Shown here in pieces: positions 63,833 to 64,000 of a stretch of DNA of 64,000 nt. Made by a program: the position numbers and the translations under genes. Origin of the DNA: Macrostomum lignano (taxonomy: Eukaryota); assembly GCA_002269645.1 (NCBI GenBank), contig NIVC01000630.1:186001-250000 (forward strand). The letters are read 5' to 3'. The stretch's first letter is position 1. Every line of letters starts with the position of its first letter. The notes under the pieces are model-generated. The model saw only the letters and a list, made by a program, of their open reading frames with translations, ran no database searches and was not told the origin of the DNA.

Positions 63833-64000
63833 CTGAGGTTAAATAAGATAAAGTTTTGCTGTAAATGTACTGGTTGTAAATTTTGCGGTTTTAGGGAAAA
63901 TTAGAACTGGTTGGCTAAAGGAGCATGGGATCAGTTGCTAAGGGAACCTAGAATTTGTCTTTAGGGACGCAAAGAGTCGGTTGTCAAGGCCAAAATCGTT

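Overview
This is animal genomic DNA, not prokaryotic. GC-rich exons, GT-AG introns packed with gene-private minisatellites and a flatworm-type peptide GPCR suggest a free-living flatworm such as Macrostomum (inference only). Spliced genes reconstructed by hand with phase-consistent junctions: the 3' end of a polycystin-family channel (714-2245, +), AGPAT3/4 (11758-14569, +), CCDC81 (32363-40178, +), a class A peptide-type GPCR (50650-53182, -) and the last exon of a probable GPI/TM-anchored protein (63427-63832, -). The main find is a two-exon neuropeptide prohormone hidden in what looks like a 30-bp minisatellite (18898-19502, -). It has a signal peptide, an acidic spacer and 11 copies of ILRD(P/L)MID separated by KR, and the repeat variation is mostly synonymous in that frame. 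Two young non-autonomous retroelements are also present. One is a Ty3/Gypsy element with identical LTRs and an in-frame deletion joining the RT N-terminus to the integrase core. The other is a 1.5-kb split-direct-repeat (Ngaro/PAT-type DIRS) mini-element that keeps only the RT thumb and RNase H. The window also holds hAT, MULE-like and Tc1-like foldback elements, an RTE fragment, a tRNA-derived SINE head and about 20 tandem arrays. No CRISPR, rRNA or intact tRNA is supported.
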